A stretch of DNA of 64,000 bases from a bacterium (GTDB lineage: Bacteria > UBA8248), in NCBI GenBank assembly GCA_965203325.1, contig OZ241875.1, positions 3,168,001 through 3,232,000 on the forward strand, written 5' to 3'. The position numbers and the translations under genes are program-made. Below the pieces are notes generated by a model that was not told where the DNA came from, made no database searches, and saw only the letters and a list, made by a program, of their open reading frames with translations. Of the stretch, positions 17,500 through 28,726 are shown piece by piece. Every line of letters starts with the position of its first letter. The stretch's first letter is position 1.

Positions 17500-18606
17500 T
17501 CAGTTCCAGGCGGCCGTCTGCGGTTCGAGCCGCGCCGGGTTCGTGTCCACGAGGAGCGGCATCACCTCGCGTCCGAAAATCTCGGCTTCTTCCAGATGCG
17601 GCCAGCCGGAGAGGATGAAGTTGCGAACGCCCAGGTCGACGTATTCCCTGAGCGCAGAAGCCAGCATATCCGGCGTGCCGACCAGCATGGCCGCAGCACC
17701 CGAGCGCACCTTGTTCACGCCCATCCAGAGGGTTTCGGTGAGCCAGGGGGAGCCGCCCTCATACAACTCGTTCATGCGGCGCTGGCCCTCGCTCTCGGAG
17801 CGATTCCGCTGGTCGGCCCACATCCGCGTGTTCTCGAGCGCGCTGTCTTCTAACAGCGCCTCCGCCGCGCGTCGGGCTTCCTTCTTGCTCTCGCGGCACA
17901 TCACGTGGAGCCTCAAGCCGAAGCGCAGATCGTCGCGCCCGATTTCCGCCGCCCGGCGGCGCATGTCGGCGGCGTCCTCGGCGACCTGCTCGGGTGCCAC
18001 CGCCCACATCATGTGCACATCGGCGTGCTTGGCACCCACGCGGCGTCCGGCGTCCGAGCTTCCGCCCAGGAATATCGTGGGATGGGGCTTCGATACGGCC
18101 CTGGCGTAGAGGGTGGCGTTTTCGATCTGGTAGTACTCGCCCGAGTAGCTCACCGGCTCCTCACTCGTCCAGAGCGCTTTCACGACGTCGAGAAACTCCT
18201 CCGTCCGTGCGTAGCGCTCCGCGTGGTCCAGGTGGTCGCCGTATCGTTTCTGATCCACCGGCGTCGAGCCCGTCACCACGTTCACGGTGAGCCGCCCGCC
18301 CGTAACGGCGTCGTAGGTGTTCGCCTGCTGGGCGGTGAGCACGGGACTGGCGAGTCCGGGGCGGAAGGCCACGCAGAACTTGATGCGCTCTGTGCGCTGG
18401 GCGACGGCGAGGGTGATCATCCAGGCGTCCAGGCAGTGCGTGCCCGTCGGCACGAGCAGGTTCACGAAGCCTGCGTTTTCCGCCGCGCGCGCGACTTGCG
18501 CGATGTATTCCACCGTCGGGGGACGCTCGGGCGTCTTGGCGTTGATGGTGTGCCCGTCGCCGTATCTACCCGTCGGCAGAAACCATGCGTATTCGGTGGA
18601 GGTCAC
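17500..18606 (-). CDS. Luciferase-like (LLM) flavin-dependent monooxygenase, SsuD/alkanesulfonate type
   Basis: WFLPT..DG, LLVPTG..C.DAW, VAFRPG, GRLTVNVVTG, DHAERY, GGSS, FILSGWPHLEEA motifs. Confidence 0.88.
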   Translation of the reverse strand: MTSTEYAWFLPTGRYGDGHTINAKTPERPPTVEYIAQVARAAENAGFVNLLVPTGTHCLDAWMITLAVAQRTERIKFCVAFRPGLASPVLTAQQANTYDAVTGGRLTVNVVTGSTPVDQKRYGDHLDHAERYARTEEFLDVVKALWTSEEPVSYSGEYYQIENATLYARAVSKPHPTIFLGGSSDAGRRVGAKHADVHMMWAVAPEQVAEDAADMRRRAAEIGRDDLRFGLRLHVMCRESKKEARRAAEALLEDSALENTRMWADQRNRSESEGQRRMNELYEGGSPWLTETLWMGVNKVRSGAAAMLVGTPDMLASALREYVDLGVRNFILSGWPHLEEAEIFGREVMPLLVDTNPARLEPQTAAWN

Positions 18607-18638
18607 GTTCGCTCATCCTTCGCGATGCGGATAGAAAA

Positions 18639-18663
18639 GGGCGGCCCGCCGCATGGGCCGCCC
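18639..18663. terminator. GC-rich hairpin between the selenoprotein and LLM genes
   Basis: GGGCGGCCC-gccgcat-GGGCCGCCC with AAAA on the left (a U-tract on the minus strand). Confidence 0.45.
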
Positions 18664-18716
18664 GTATATCATCGTATCACCCTGCAAGCCCCCCGCTTGG
18701 GAGGCGTATCCTTCAA

Positions 18717-19367
18717 CTAGGCGGTCGCCTTAGCCCCGGCCTTCTGCTCGGCCAGCAACTCGTCGAGCAACTCCTCGACGCGCGCCGCTTCCATCCAGTC
18801 GGATTTGTATGCGATCTTGCCTTCCTTATCCACGATGAACGTCATGTTCGGCATGCGGCCGAAGGCATGCACGACGCTCTCGTCCAGGTCGTCGATGAGC
18901 ACGGACACCTTCATCCCGAATTCCTCCACCATCTCCTGTGCGTATTGTTTCTTGTGCTCATACGTGGTGTGCTGCGCGTACTTCTTGAAGTGGCTTGTCT
19001 CGCCCGCGTGGGGCTCCTTGGAGTAGACGACGAAGAAGACCACGTCCTCATCCTTGTACTTCTCCTGCAAATCCTCGACGCCGGCCACCTGCCGGCGGTA
19101 GGGCGGTCACGTGATGGCCCCAAACTCGACCACGATGTTCTTCTTGCCGAAGAAATCGGAGAGGTCGAACGCGACGTCTTCGGTGGTCTTGAGGCGGACG
19201 TCCGGCATCGGCTCGCCCGGCTTGAGCGTGTCGCGGAACGCCTCCTTGCGCTGCTTGCGGTAGCCCATGAGCATCCGCTTCGCGAACTGAAACTTGTCGA
19301 TGTAGAACGCGCTCCATAGCCCGAACAGCGGCCCCGGCGGCCTGTCGAATTCGTCCGATACTCGCAT
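18717..19367 (-). CDS. Iodothyronine-deiodinase-like/thioredoxin-fold selenoprotein (Sec at in-frame UGA 19107-19109, codon 87)
   Basis: ORFs 19107-19433 and 18717-19088 are in frame across one TGA, giving IVVEFGAIT-U-PPYRRQ..VVYSKEPHAGE (compare deiodinase FGSxTUPPF...Y..EAH). A hairpin follows the UGA. Confidence 0.85.
19079..19106 (-). promoter_or_regulatory. Bacterial SECIS-like hairpin
   Basis: After UGA: ccgccctac CGCCGGC aggtg GCCGGCG. The G-containing loop starts 16 nt after the UGA. Confidence 0.65.
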
Positions 19368-19801
19368 AATCGCTCCAGATATGAGGGTGTAAAGACGCCG
19401 CCCCATTAAAGACGAACGGGGCGTGATGCGCAAGGGGTAAGGGAGTAGTTCCTGGTTGCGACCTGCGAGAATCCAGTCATATCTCTTTATGTGTGGATTT
19501 TTGTCTGGTTGACCATATCCATCAATCTGGATAATCTGTTATCAGGCGCCTGAGGCATTTCGCAATACCCGTATGGCTTCGGCCACGCGAGGGGGTGGCG
19601 ACCCTCCAGGCGCCGGCTCTTAGCGATAATACCCTCCATTCCATCCCCCATAGACAAACGAAAGCCCTGTTTCACCTTCACCTGAGAACAAAACCGGATT
19701 GTAAAGCCTGCACTTGGTCCATCTTCTGGAAAACTCGTTCAATTTCGTGTATATTTCGTTACACGTAGGCGGCGTATCTGCTCCCCCCGAAGGAAATCCG
19801 C

Positions 19802-20338
19802 ATGACAATCCGCTTCGAGATGAACGAAGACAAGGCCATCGAGGTTTTGACCTGGCTGGCGAACGAACAGCCGGGGATCGCTGCGTTTCACGTCTCGAAG
19901 GTTCTCTATTATGCGGACAAGGAACACTTGAATCGCTACGGCAGGCCTGTAGTCGGGGACACGTATATCCGAATGGAATTCGGCCCCGTGCCTTCGAAAA
20001 CATACGATCTGATCAAGAAAGAGAATTTAGGGCAAAGCGTCCTCAAGAGATTCCGGGAAGCCGTCGATGTACGCGAGGGATTTCGGCACTTGCATCCGCT
20101 CAGAGAGCCGAACATGGAGATGCTCTCGAGGACGGATGTCGAATGCCTCGCGAATGCGCTCAAGAAATACGGAACCCGCGATTTCGGGGTTCTGAGCAGG
20201 ATTTCACATCGTGAGGCTGCATGGGCGAACGCGCCGGAAAACGGTCCGATGGACTATGAGCACATGATTGAACAAGGCCCGAACCAGGAAGAGATCATAC
20301 AAAATCTCAAAGAGCATTCGCACCAAATCGCATTTTAG
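19802..20338 (+). CDS. Panacea (DUF4065/SocA-like) antitoxin
   Basis: KVLYYADKEHL..YGRP..GDTY..MEFGPVPS and LSRISHRE.AW motifs. Confidence 0.88.
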   Translation: MTIRFEMNEDKAIEVLTWLANEQPGIAAFHVSKVLYYADKEHLNRYGRPVVGDTYIRMEFGPVPSKTYDLIKKENLGQSVLKRFREAVDVREGFRHLHPLREPNMEMLSRTDVECLANALKKYGTRDFGVLSRISHREAAWANAPENGPMDYEHMIEQGPNQEEIIQNLKEHSHQIAF

Positions 20339-20341
20339 GGG

Positions 20342-20695
20342 ATGCGCTCCGGCGACGTTTTTCATTACCACAGCCGCATTACCAGACCGCCGAAAGACAA
20401 GTTCATCATCTGTGTTTGTCCCGAAGAACTCTTGTTCTTTTTCATAAACTCCAACCCGCCCGTACCGGATGGGGCGGGGGTCGAAATCACGCCGTCCGAT
20501 CTTCCCTGTCTGAGGCACGTATCTTATGTCGATACGTCGATGATGATTAGGGTTTATCCCGACGAACTGGATGAGACATCGGCAAGAGGCGAGATATCAT
20601 TGTCCATGCGTCAAAAGGTTGCGGCGTGCGCCCGAAGCCACGGAATTCTCCCAGGGAGATTCTTGGGGATGCTGGAGAGGAATTTCCTTGCATAG
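20342..20695 (+). CDS. Putative cognate toxin (PemK/MazF-like pattern)
   Basis: 3 bp downstream of the Panacea gene; GDVF..PPKDKFIICV..FFFINS..CLRHVSYVDT. Confidence 0.55.
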   Translation: MRSGDVFHYHSRITRPPKDKFIICVCPEELLFFFINSNPPVPDGAGVEITPSDLPCLRHVSYVDTSMMIRVYPDELDETSARGEISLSMRQKVAACARSHGILPGRFLGMLERNFLA

Positions 20696-20860
20696 TTTTC
20701 TATCCAACCCCCGTGGGTAAGGTTGGGTGTAATTCGCCCGTGCCCCCCAAATTCACGCCGCCCTGTGAATCTGATATGCTCGGGCCTTGGCGCTTGCTAG
20801 CCTTGCGCAGCGCCCGCCGAATAAACAAGCCTGCCGCTATGCTCCCCCAAGGAGGGGACG

Positions 20861-22687
<1,827 letters not shown>

Positions 22688-22693
22688 AGCCCC

Positions 22694-23866
22694 CTAATCC
22701 TCATCACTTAGCGTGAACGCGCCGTCGCTGGCCGGGATGTAGGTCTCGGGCAGGCCGAGTTCTTTCTTCACGATGTTCGTCCCGCGCGCCAGGGCCACCA
22801 TCTTGTAGAACGCATGTCGGCGGCTCATGCCCTCGCGCCCGAAGCCGCAGTCGGTCGAGATGCAGAGCCGCTCGGCGGGAACCGTCTCGAGCGCCTTCCA
22901 GATGAGGGCGGCCACTTCTTCTGGGCGCTCCACCTGCAGCCCCCGGTGGTTGATGACGCCGATGGCCACCTTGGGCTTCGTGATGCGCTTTCCGATTTCG
23001 CCCAGGTCCATCCCGCCCGTGCTCGCGCACTCGAAGGTGAGCACGTCGACGTCCAGTTCGTTCATGTATTCGAGGGCGGGCGCGTAGCTTTTAGACGACT
23101 CGTAGAACCGCTGCTGGGCCGGGTTGCCCCAGCAGGTGTGGCACCAGAGCTCGAGCTTGTCCCTGAGACCCGCCACGCTCCTGTTGAACGCATCCACGTA
23201 GAACTCCATCGACATCTCCGAATCCTCGGCGTGGAAATCGAAGCGGTGCACCCAGGGCTCTTCCACCTGGAAAATCTGGCAGCCCGCGTCCGCCAGGCGG
23301 TGGAATTCCGCGTGCATGATTTCGCACAGGTCGAGACACAGCTCGCGCCTGTCGTCATAGAACTCGTTCGAGACGATGGATTCCACGCAATCCGCACTGA
23401 TGGAGCCGAACTTGAGGGGCTTGTCCGTCATCGCCTGCGCGCAGCGCCACATCTGGGCGTATTCGAGGGGGCCTTCGCCGACTTTCGAGGTGACCTTGGG
23501 GAGCATCCGGGCTTCTAACACCTCGAACATGATCTCGCCCGGCACGGACCCGCCCCAGGTGGCGTGGCTCCTCGATGTCTCATGGCCCGTGAAGCCGGCG
23601 AGCCTGTCGACGATGTAGCCCACCCAGTCGCGCCCGCCCACGTTGGTGTCGAAGCGCGCGTCGCCGTCGGTCACGACGTCCAGCCCCGCGCGCTCCTGGT
23701 CCCTTATGACGCAGGAGACGTTGTCGAGATATTGCTCGCGGAAATCCGCGTCGATCATCGCTTCGCGGAAAGTCCTTCGCCCGATGTTCTGGCGGAACCA
23801 GGTCGGCCGGGGCAGGGAGCCCGTGATGGTGGTGGGAAGTATGAGGTCACTCGTGGCGATGTACAT
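22694..23866 (-). CDS. Cobalamin-independent methionine synthase II family protein (single barrel)
   Basis: TTITGSLPRP, QERAGLDVVTDG, QVEEP, zinc ligands HTCWGN and TDCGFG. Confidence 0.85.
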   Translation of the reverse strand: MYIATSDLILPTTITGSLPRPTWFRQNIGRRTFREAMIDADFREQYLDNVSCVIRDQERAGLDVVTDGDARFDTNVGGRDWVGYIVDRLAGFTGHETSRSHATWGGSVPGEIMFEVLEARMLPKVTSKVGEGPLEYAQMWRCAQAMTDKPLKFGSISADCVESIVSNEFYDDRRELCLDLCEIMHAEFHRLADAGCQIFQVEEPWVHRFDFHAEDSEMSMEFYVDAFNRSVAGLRDKLELWCHTCWGNPAQQRFYESSKSYAPALEYMNELDVDVLTFECASTGGMDLGEIGKRITKPKVAIGVINHRGLQVERPEEVAALIWKALETVPAERLCISTDCGFGREGMSRRHAFYKMVALARGTNIVKKELGLPETYIPASDGAFTLSDED

Positions 23867-23948
23867 GTCGATTCCTCCGCTCGAAATGGTTTCGGCGAAT
23901 CATCTTGTTCCGTTACAGCCGTCTTCTCGCTTTCGATACCTCCCTAAC

Positions 23949-24131
23949 GGGGCTGTTGAAAAAAACCTCGCCAAGGGAGAACCCCCCCTACCCCCCCTTG
24001 ACAGGGGGGTATAAAAAGGCGATGCGCCCCCGCCGGGCCGAGAGGGTTTTGCTTTTTCTTGCCCCCCTGTCAAGGGGGGGTAGGGGGGGTTGTCTTTATC
24101 CCCTGACAAAACGGGCTTTTTCAACAACCCC
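23949..24131. mobile_element. Complete MITE-like element (183 bp)
   Basis: TIRs GGGGCTGTTGAAAAA / TTTTTCAACAACCCC; internal IR CCCCCCCTACCCCCCCTTGACAGGGGGG / CCCCCCTGTCAAGGGGGGGTAGGGGGGG. Confidence 0.78.
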
Positions 24132-24145
24132 CTTGCGCCGCGCTC

Positions 24146-25141
24146 CTAGAGCTTCATGAGCCTCGCGGGCGTCTCGCGCAGGATTTTCTCCTGCGCTTCT
24201 TCGGTAAGGCCCGCTCCCTCGACGAAATCCACGACGCGCTGCTGCATCATGTCGTAGGGGTAGTCCGTGCCGCACACGACGCGGTCGGCCCCCACCTCGT
24301 CGACCATCCACTTGAGCGCCGAGGGGTTGAAGGTGATGACGTCGAAATAGAGGTTCTTGAAATAGTGCCGGGGCGGATGCGGCGTGTGCACCTTGGTTTC
24401 CGGCCGCACTTCCCAGCAGTGCTGGATGCGCCCGACCGCCCAGGGGAGGTTTCCGCCCGCATGGGCGAGAAGCAGCTGGAGGTTCGGGTAGCGCTCGAAA
24501 TGGCCCGAGAGAATGAGCCTCGTGGCGGCGATGGTGGTGGAGAGCGGGTTTCCGATGCAGTTCGCCATGTAGTAGGGGAACAGCGCTTTTAAGTCGGCGA
24601 AATCGGGATGGATGAACACGAGCGCGCCGAGCCGTTCCGCCGCCGCCCAGAATGCCTCGTACTGGGGCTCATCCAGCGCATGGGTACCGATGCGATCCGA
24701 GATGATGCAGCCGAGAAGGCCCTTGCCCATCGCGCGCTCGAGTTCGGCGGCCGCGGCCTCGCCCCCGTTTTGCATGGGCAGGTTGCAAAGGCCGCGGAAT
24801 TGCGCGGCGTTTTCGTTGCAGAAATCGACCACGCCGTCGTTTTGCACCTGGATGATCTCCTCGCCCGCCTTGCCGCCGATCCAGTAATAAAAAGTGGGCG
24901 GGGGCGGGGAAGCCAGCGCCATGTCGAGCCTGTCCGCCTTCATATCGCTCAGCTTGCGCTCCGCGTCGGCGAGTTGCACCGCCCAGTTCTCCTCCGTCAT
25001 CTTCGCGTTGTAGCGCGAGGAGACGGGCGGGAAGAACCCCTCGAAGCTGTCGGCGTGCTGGGGGCGTCTTTCGCGCTCTTTGGTGGCGAGCGCTTCCGCC
25101 GCCGGGATGTAGATGTGGTGATGCAGATCGATGTTGGGCAA
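24146..25141 (-). CDS. Amidohydrolase_2 family protein (ACMSD/decarboxylase-like)
   Basis: IDLHHH, FIHP, AHAGG, YFD, GTDYPY motifs; TTG start after GGAGG. Confidence 0.85.
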   Translation of the reverse strand: MPNIDLHHHIYIPAAEALATKERERRPQHADSFEGFFPPVSSRYNAKMTEENWAVQLADAERKLSDMKADRLDMALASPPPPTFYYWIGGKAGEEIIQVQNDGVVDFCNENAAQFRGLCNLPMQNGGEAAAAELERAMGKGLLGCIISDRIGTHALDEPQYEAFWAAAERLGALVFIHPDFADLKALFPYYMANCIGNPLSTTIAATRLILSGHFERYPNLQLLLAHAGGNLPWAVGRIQHCWEVRPETKVHTPHPPRHYFKNLYFDVITFNPSALKWMVDEVGADRVVCGTDYPYDMMQQRVVDFVEGAGLTEEAQEKILRETPARLMKL

Positions 25142-25364
25142 GGGGACTTCCCTCCGTTTGGGTTCTATCGGGGCGCCTTCACGCCCGCCTGGCTGTAGAA
25201 ATGGTGATCGCCTTTTCGGAGAGAGTAGATTCTGGCGCATTCCGCGTCAATCGAGATTCGCGCCCGCCGATTGACGCCCTCGATACGGAGTGAGAAACTT
25301 CTGCTCCGCGCTCGACGGCGGGATGTTTCGCGCCTCCCGGCCTTGTGTGGAGGGGACGATTCCG

Positions 25365-25700
25365 GTGAATGAAGAGGACGCTCCCAGGCTGCCGCGCTCC
25401 TACGAGGGGCTCGGCGCCCTGCAAGCCGAATTCGCGCGCTACCAGGAAGAAGCGTTTCCGGAGCGCGAGCCCCGGTTTTTCGCCCTGGAGCTTGCGGGCG
25501 AGACGGGCGAACTCGCGAACCTGGAGAAAAAGGAGTGGAAGGGCCGCGAGATAGACCAGGCGGCCTATACCGACGAGGCGGCGGATGTCATGATCGCCGT
25601 GATGAACTACGCCAACGCGCGGGGGATCGATTTGGCCGAGGCCGTTTCGGAGAAAATGGCCAAGATCGAGCGCATCAGAAGGGAGCGGCCCGAGAAATAG
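25365..25700 (+). CDS. MazG-like nucleotide pyrophosphohydrolase
   Basis: LAGETGELAN..KK and DEAADV..GIDLAEAV.EKM motifs. Confidence 0.75.
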   Translation: MNEEDAPRLPRSYEGLGALQAEFARYQEEAFPEREPRFFALELAGETGELANLEKKEWKGREIDQAAYTDEAADVMIAVMNYANARGIDLAEAVSEKMAKIERIRRERPEK

Positions 25701-25804
25701 GCCCGAGACCCTGCATTTTCGGTGCTTGGGGCGGCGCCGGAAAGAGTGGAAAACAAGCCGCTGCATGAATGTTCTGTAAACCAGAGCGGAAAGGATGAGA
25801 TTCG

Positions 25805-26614
25805 ATGTCAGGCCTCCCGACGGAGCCGGCCGACCTCGCCGACGTGCAGGCGAGTTCCGATGAGCGAAACGTCAAGATAGACAAGGTGGGTGTCAAGAAC
25901 ATCCGCTACCCCATCGTGGTGAAGGACCGGGCGAAGGACGCCCAGCACACCATCGGCAACGTCAACATGTATGTGGACCTGCCGCACCACTTCAAGGGCA
26001 CCCACATGAGCCGGTTCCTGGAAGTGTTGAACGAGCACACCGACGCCATCGGCGTGGACAGCGTGCCCTCGCTCCTGCAGACGATTCGCGAGCGCCTGGA
26101 CGCGCAGACGGCGCATTTTTCCGTCACCTTTCCCTACTTCATGCACAAGGCCGCCCCGGTGACGGGCGCGGAGGGCCTGATGGCGCTCGAGTGCGGCTTC
26201 GAGGCTTCCGCCGGCGCGACGGACGATTTCGTCCTGAGCATCATGGTGCGCATCGCCACGCTGTGTCCGTGTTCGAAGGAGATCAGCCTGCGCGGCGCGC
26301 ACAACCAGCGGGGTCACGTGCGCATCAAGGTGCGCTTCGACGGCGAGTTCTGGATCGAGGAGCTCGTCGAGGTCGCAGAGAGCGCCGGAAGCTGCGCGCT
26401 CTATCCGATCTTAAAGCGCGAGGATGAGAAGTTCGTCACCGAGACGGCTTTCGACAACCCCCGCTTCGTGGAGGACGTGGTGCGCGAGGCGGCCCTCCTG
26501 CTCCGGAACGACAAGCGAATCCGCTGGTTCCAGGTGGAAGTCGAGAACTTCGAGTCCATCCACGACCACAACGCCTACGCCTTCATCGAGGAAGAGGTGA
26601 GTCCCAAAGAGTAG
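25805..26614 (+). CDS. folE2: GTP cyclohydrolase IB
   Basis: KGTHMSRF, TLCPCSKEIS..GAHNQR, LKREDEKFVTE.AFDNPRFVED, ESIHDHNAYA. Confidence 0.95.
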   Translation: MSGLPTEPADLADVQASSDERNVKIDKVGVKNIRYPIVVKDRAKDAQHTIGNVNMYVDLPHHFKGTHMSRFLEVLNEHTDAIGVDSVPSLLQTIRERLDAQTAHFSVTFPYFMHKAAPVTGAEGLMALECGFEASAGATDDFVLSIMVRIATLCPCSKEISLRGAHNQRGHVRIKVRFDGEFWIEELVEVAESAGSCALYPILKREDEKFVTETAFDNPRFVEDVVREAALLLRNDKRIRWFQVEVENFESIHDHNAYAFIEEEVSPKE

Positions 26615-26688
26615 TTCGTTTCGGGCGGGTTTTTGGTTCTACCCCCCGACAAGAGGGCCAGGGGGTTGCCTTTTGGGGTGAGGGTTTT

Positions 26689-26928
26689 GTAGGGGCGGGC
26701 CTCCGTGCCCGCCCGTATTTGGAAGGCCGCTGGACAACCCTGTTGGATTGTCTATCCACGTTGTTATTCCTCGTCAGGACAGGCACAGGGGCCTGTCCCT
26801 ACGGCGCGTAATCTCGATTGTAGTGGGCCGTTCACGAGAACGGCCCTTCCCGGAGGAGCGGGCGCTTCAAGAAGCGCCCCTACAATAGGTGCCCCCTCAC
26901 TTGTCATCGGATTTTTTTCAACAGCCCC
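26689..26928. repeat. Cluster of four GTAG-type REP palindromes in alternating orientation, ending in a MITE TIR
   Basis: GTAGGGGCGGGC..GCCCGCCC (26689+), GTAGGGACAGGC..GCCTGTCC (26802-), GTAGTGGGCCGTT..AACGGCCC (26820+), GTAGGGGCGCTT..AAGCGCCC (26883-); TTTTTCAACAGCCCC at 26914-26928. Confidence 0.78.
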
Positions 26929-27156
26929 CAGATCGATGACTCGTTCGGTTATGTTTTGGACCGAAAACAGATCGTCGTCGTATTTCTCTTTGGCGAAAAC
27001 GACCGCGTCGTGCACGGAATCGAAAACGTGCACCACCTTTTCGCCGCGCATGAGGGCGAACCTTTCGTTGTGTTCTTCAATCAGTTCCGGCAGCAGTTTC
27101 TGAAAAGCCTGGTAATTTTTGTCCACTTCGGCCTGAATGGCAGTATGATCCATCAT
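26764..27156 (-). pseudogene. DUF5678-like small protein whose C-terminus is replaced by MITE/REP sequence
   Basis: NYQAF..LLPEL..H..RFALMR..VV..FDS..DA..FSVQ.IT..IDLG, then GAVEKN encoded by the TIR and read-through into the REPs. Confidence 0.55.
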
Positions 27157-27484
27157 CGTTCCTCCCCGGATATCTCAGGCAAACCTCCATGCGTGGCGGG
27201 TTCACGATATACCTTGCGCGTCTTTGGCGCTGCAAAACTAATATATGGCATACGACCTTATGTTTTAATACACGATGCCATCCTCGATGCGTTTTCACGG
27301 CGAATATCAGACCAACAAACAAAATTTCCTTACAGCGACGAGCTAAACGGAGGTATCCCATGTTTCACGCGGCATTTCCGGAAACCCCTCATCCAAAATT
27401 TTGGTAGTGGAGCAGTTTGAAATAGCTCACCGCGTTACTGCTAGAGTGGCTCGGTCTTTGAGTATCAAGAGAGGGAATACGGAA

Positions 27485-27577
27485 ATGTCGCTAGACCTCT
27501 TGCCCGTCATTACCGTGAACATCGCGTTGGTTGTCGTGTCGGCGATCGCGGGATATCTCGCCCGTAAAAATAGGTAG
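27485..27577 (+). CDS. 30-aa single-TM peptide (type I toxin-like)
   Basis: GAGGGA RBS; MSLDLLPVITVNIALVVVSAIAGYLARKNR. Confidence 0.4.
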   Translation: MSLDLLPVITVNIALVVVSAIAGYLARKNR

Positions 27578-27914
27578 GAGCGTGGACTTGTTGAACCTTT
27601 GGCGTTCTTCGATGTAAAATCCCGGACATAAAATAGCCCCCGGTACCAGTCGGGGGCGAGGGGTGTTTCAGATTCCTTTGCCAAGAAGGACTCTGAAATA
27701 TCTCTCATTCTCATTTTTTGTCAAGCGGCGCACCCGACTGGTGAGTCCGCGAGGTGGGGAGAGTGCAATGTTGCATCCAGTACGGCTAAAAGTGGAAGCG
27801 AAAGCCGAAGGATATGGCCGAGTCGTATTTACGGGACCTCCATCGCAAATCAATGGTCGACCGACCAGTCCGCACACCGAGAAATCAGCCGTCTGGGGTT
27901 GGTAATAAATCGAA

Positions 27915-28247
27915 ATGTGGAAACGATTTGTTGCGTGGGTACAGCACTTAGGATGGACTACATTTTTCCATATATTGAGCTTCATATTCATCATCTTGCT
28001 TTGGCGTTATCGTCCCATGTACGGAATCAAATGGGTGGAATATGAATTAGATCATCTGACCGTGTGGATGACTCTCACGCAGATAGTCCTCGCGTCCGTT
28101 GTGATCATTCTAATAACCCTGGGGATAATGACTTTTGATAGAATAAGCAAGATTGAAGATAAAATTGATGGTAGAAGATTTGTTTTTCCTGAAAACCCAG
28201 GTAGCAAACCGAAAGAGGGGCCAAACCATGAATTCCTTGACGATTAG
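27915..28247 (+). CDS. Hypothetical two-TM membrane protein
   Basis: Two hydrophobic segments; overlaps the start of the next ORF. Confidence 0.55.
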   Translation: MWKRFVAWVQHLGWTTFFHILSFIFIILLWRYRPMYGIKWVEYELDHLTVWMTLTQIVLASVVIILITLGIMTFDRISKIEDKIDGRRFVFPENPGSKPKEGPNHEFLDD

Positions 28248-28524
28248 CGAGCATGTGAGCAGCCTGCAGGCACAAGTAGATTTCTTGGGATACATTTGTT
28301 CACGTTTAATGCGAGAAACCAAAGTATCCGAAAACATAAAAAGTGAATTTGTAGATTTGCTCAAAGGGCAATATGAAACATTATCTCCTAACTATTTGGA
28401 TGGCATGGAGCGTGGTTTCAGGAATGTATTTAAAGAAAGTATACCTAGTCATATCGAAACGTCTGCAGAATTATCTGAACGCGTTAAAACTGTAATTGAG
28501 AAAGTGCGCGGAGAAAAAATATAA
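28228..28524 (+). CDS. Hypothetical protein
   Basis: GAGGGG RBS and ATG; operon-like packing. Confidence 0.55.
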   Translation: MNSLTISEHVSSLQAQVDFLGYICSRLMRETKVSENIKSEFVDLLKGQYETLSPNYLDGMERGFRNVFKESIPSHIETSAELSERVKTVIEKVRGEKI

Positions 28525-28525
28525 T

Positions 28526-28726
28526 ATGGATGACAAGCAAATGGGGGAGAATTTTGGGATTATAATTTTGTTTCATACGATTATGAAATTTTTGGCAACA
28601 GAAGAACAGACAAAAGAAATTTACTCCGATTTGAAAATATGGCTAGAAATCGATAATCCTGAGATTGGAGCTGAATTTTTGGATGGAATGAAAGAAGTCA
28701 TTAGAGATGTGATAGAATTTTCATAG
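28526..28726 (+). CDS. Hypothetical protein
   Basis: ATG 1 nt after the previous stop; GGAG RBS. Confidence 0.5.
   Translation: MDDKQMGENFGIIILFHTIMKFLATEEQTKEIYSDLKIWLEIDNPEIGAEFLDGMKEVIRDVIEFS

Noticed and set aside
18717..19433. Pseudogene or two separate small genes
   Set aside because: A single in-frame TGA at the catalytic position with a downstream hairpin is better explained as selenocysteine.
19434..19790. Possible gene remnant or RNA between the selenoprotein and Panacea genes
   Set aside because: No convincing ORF, motif or structure could be identified.
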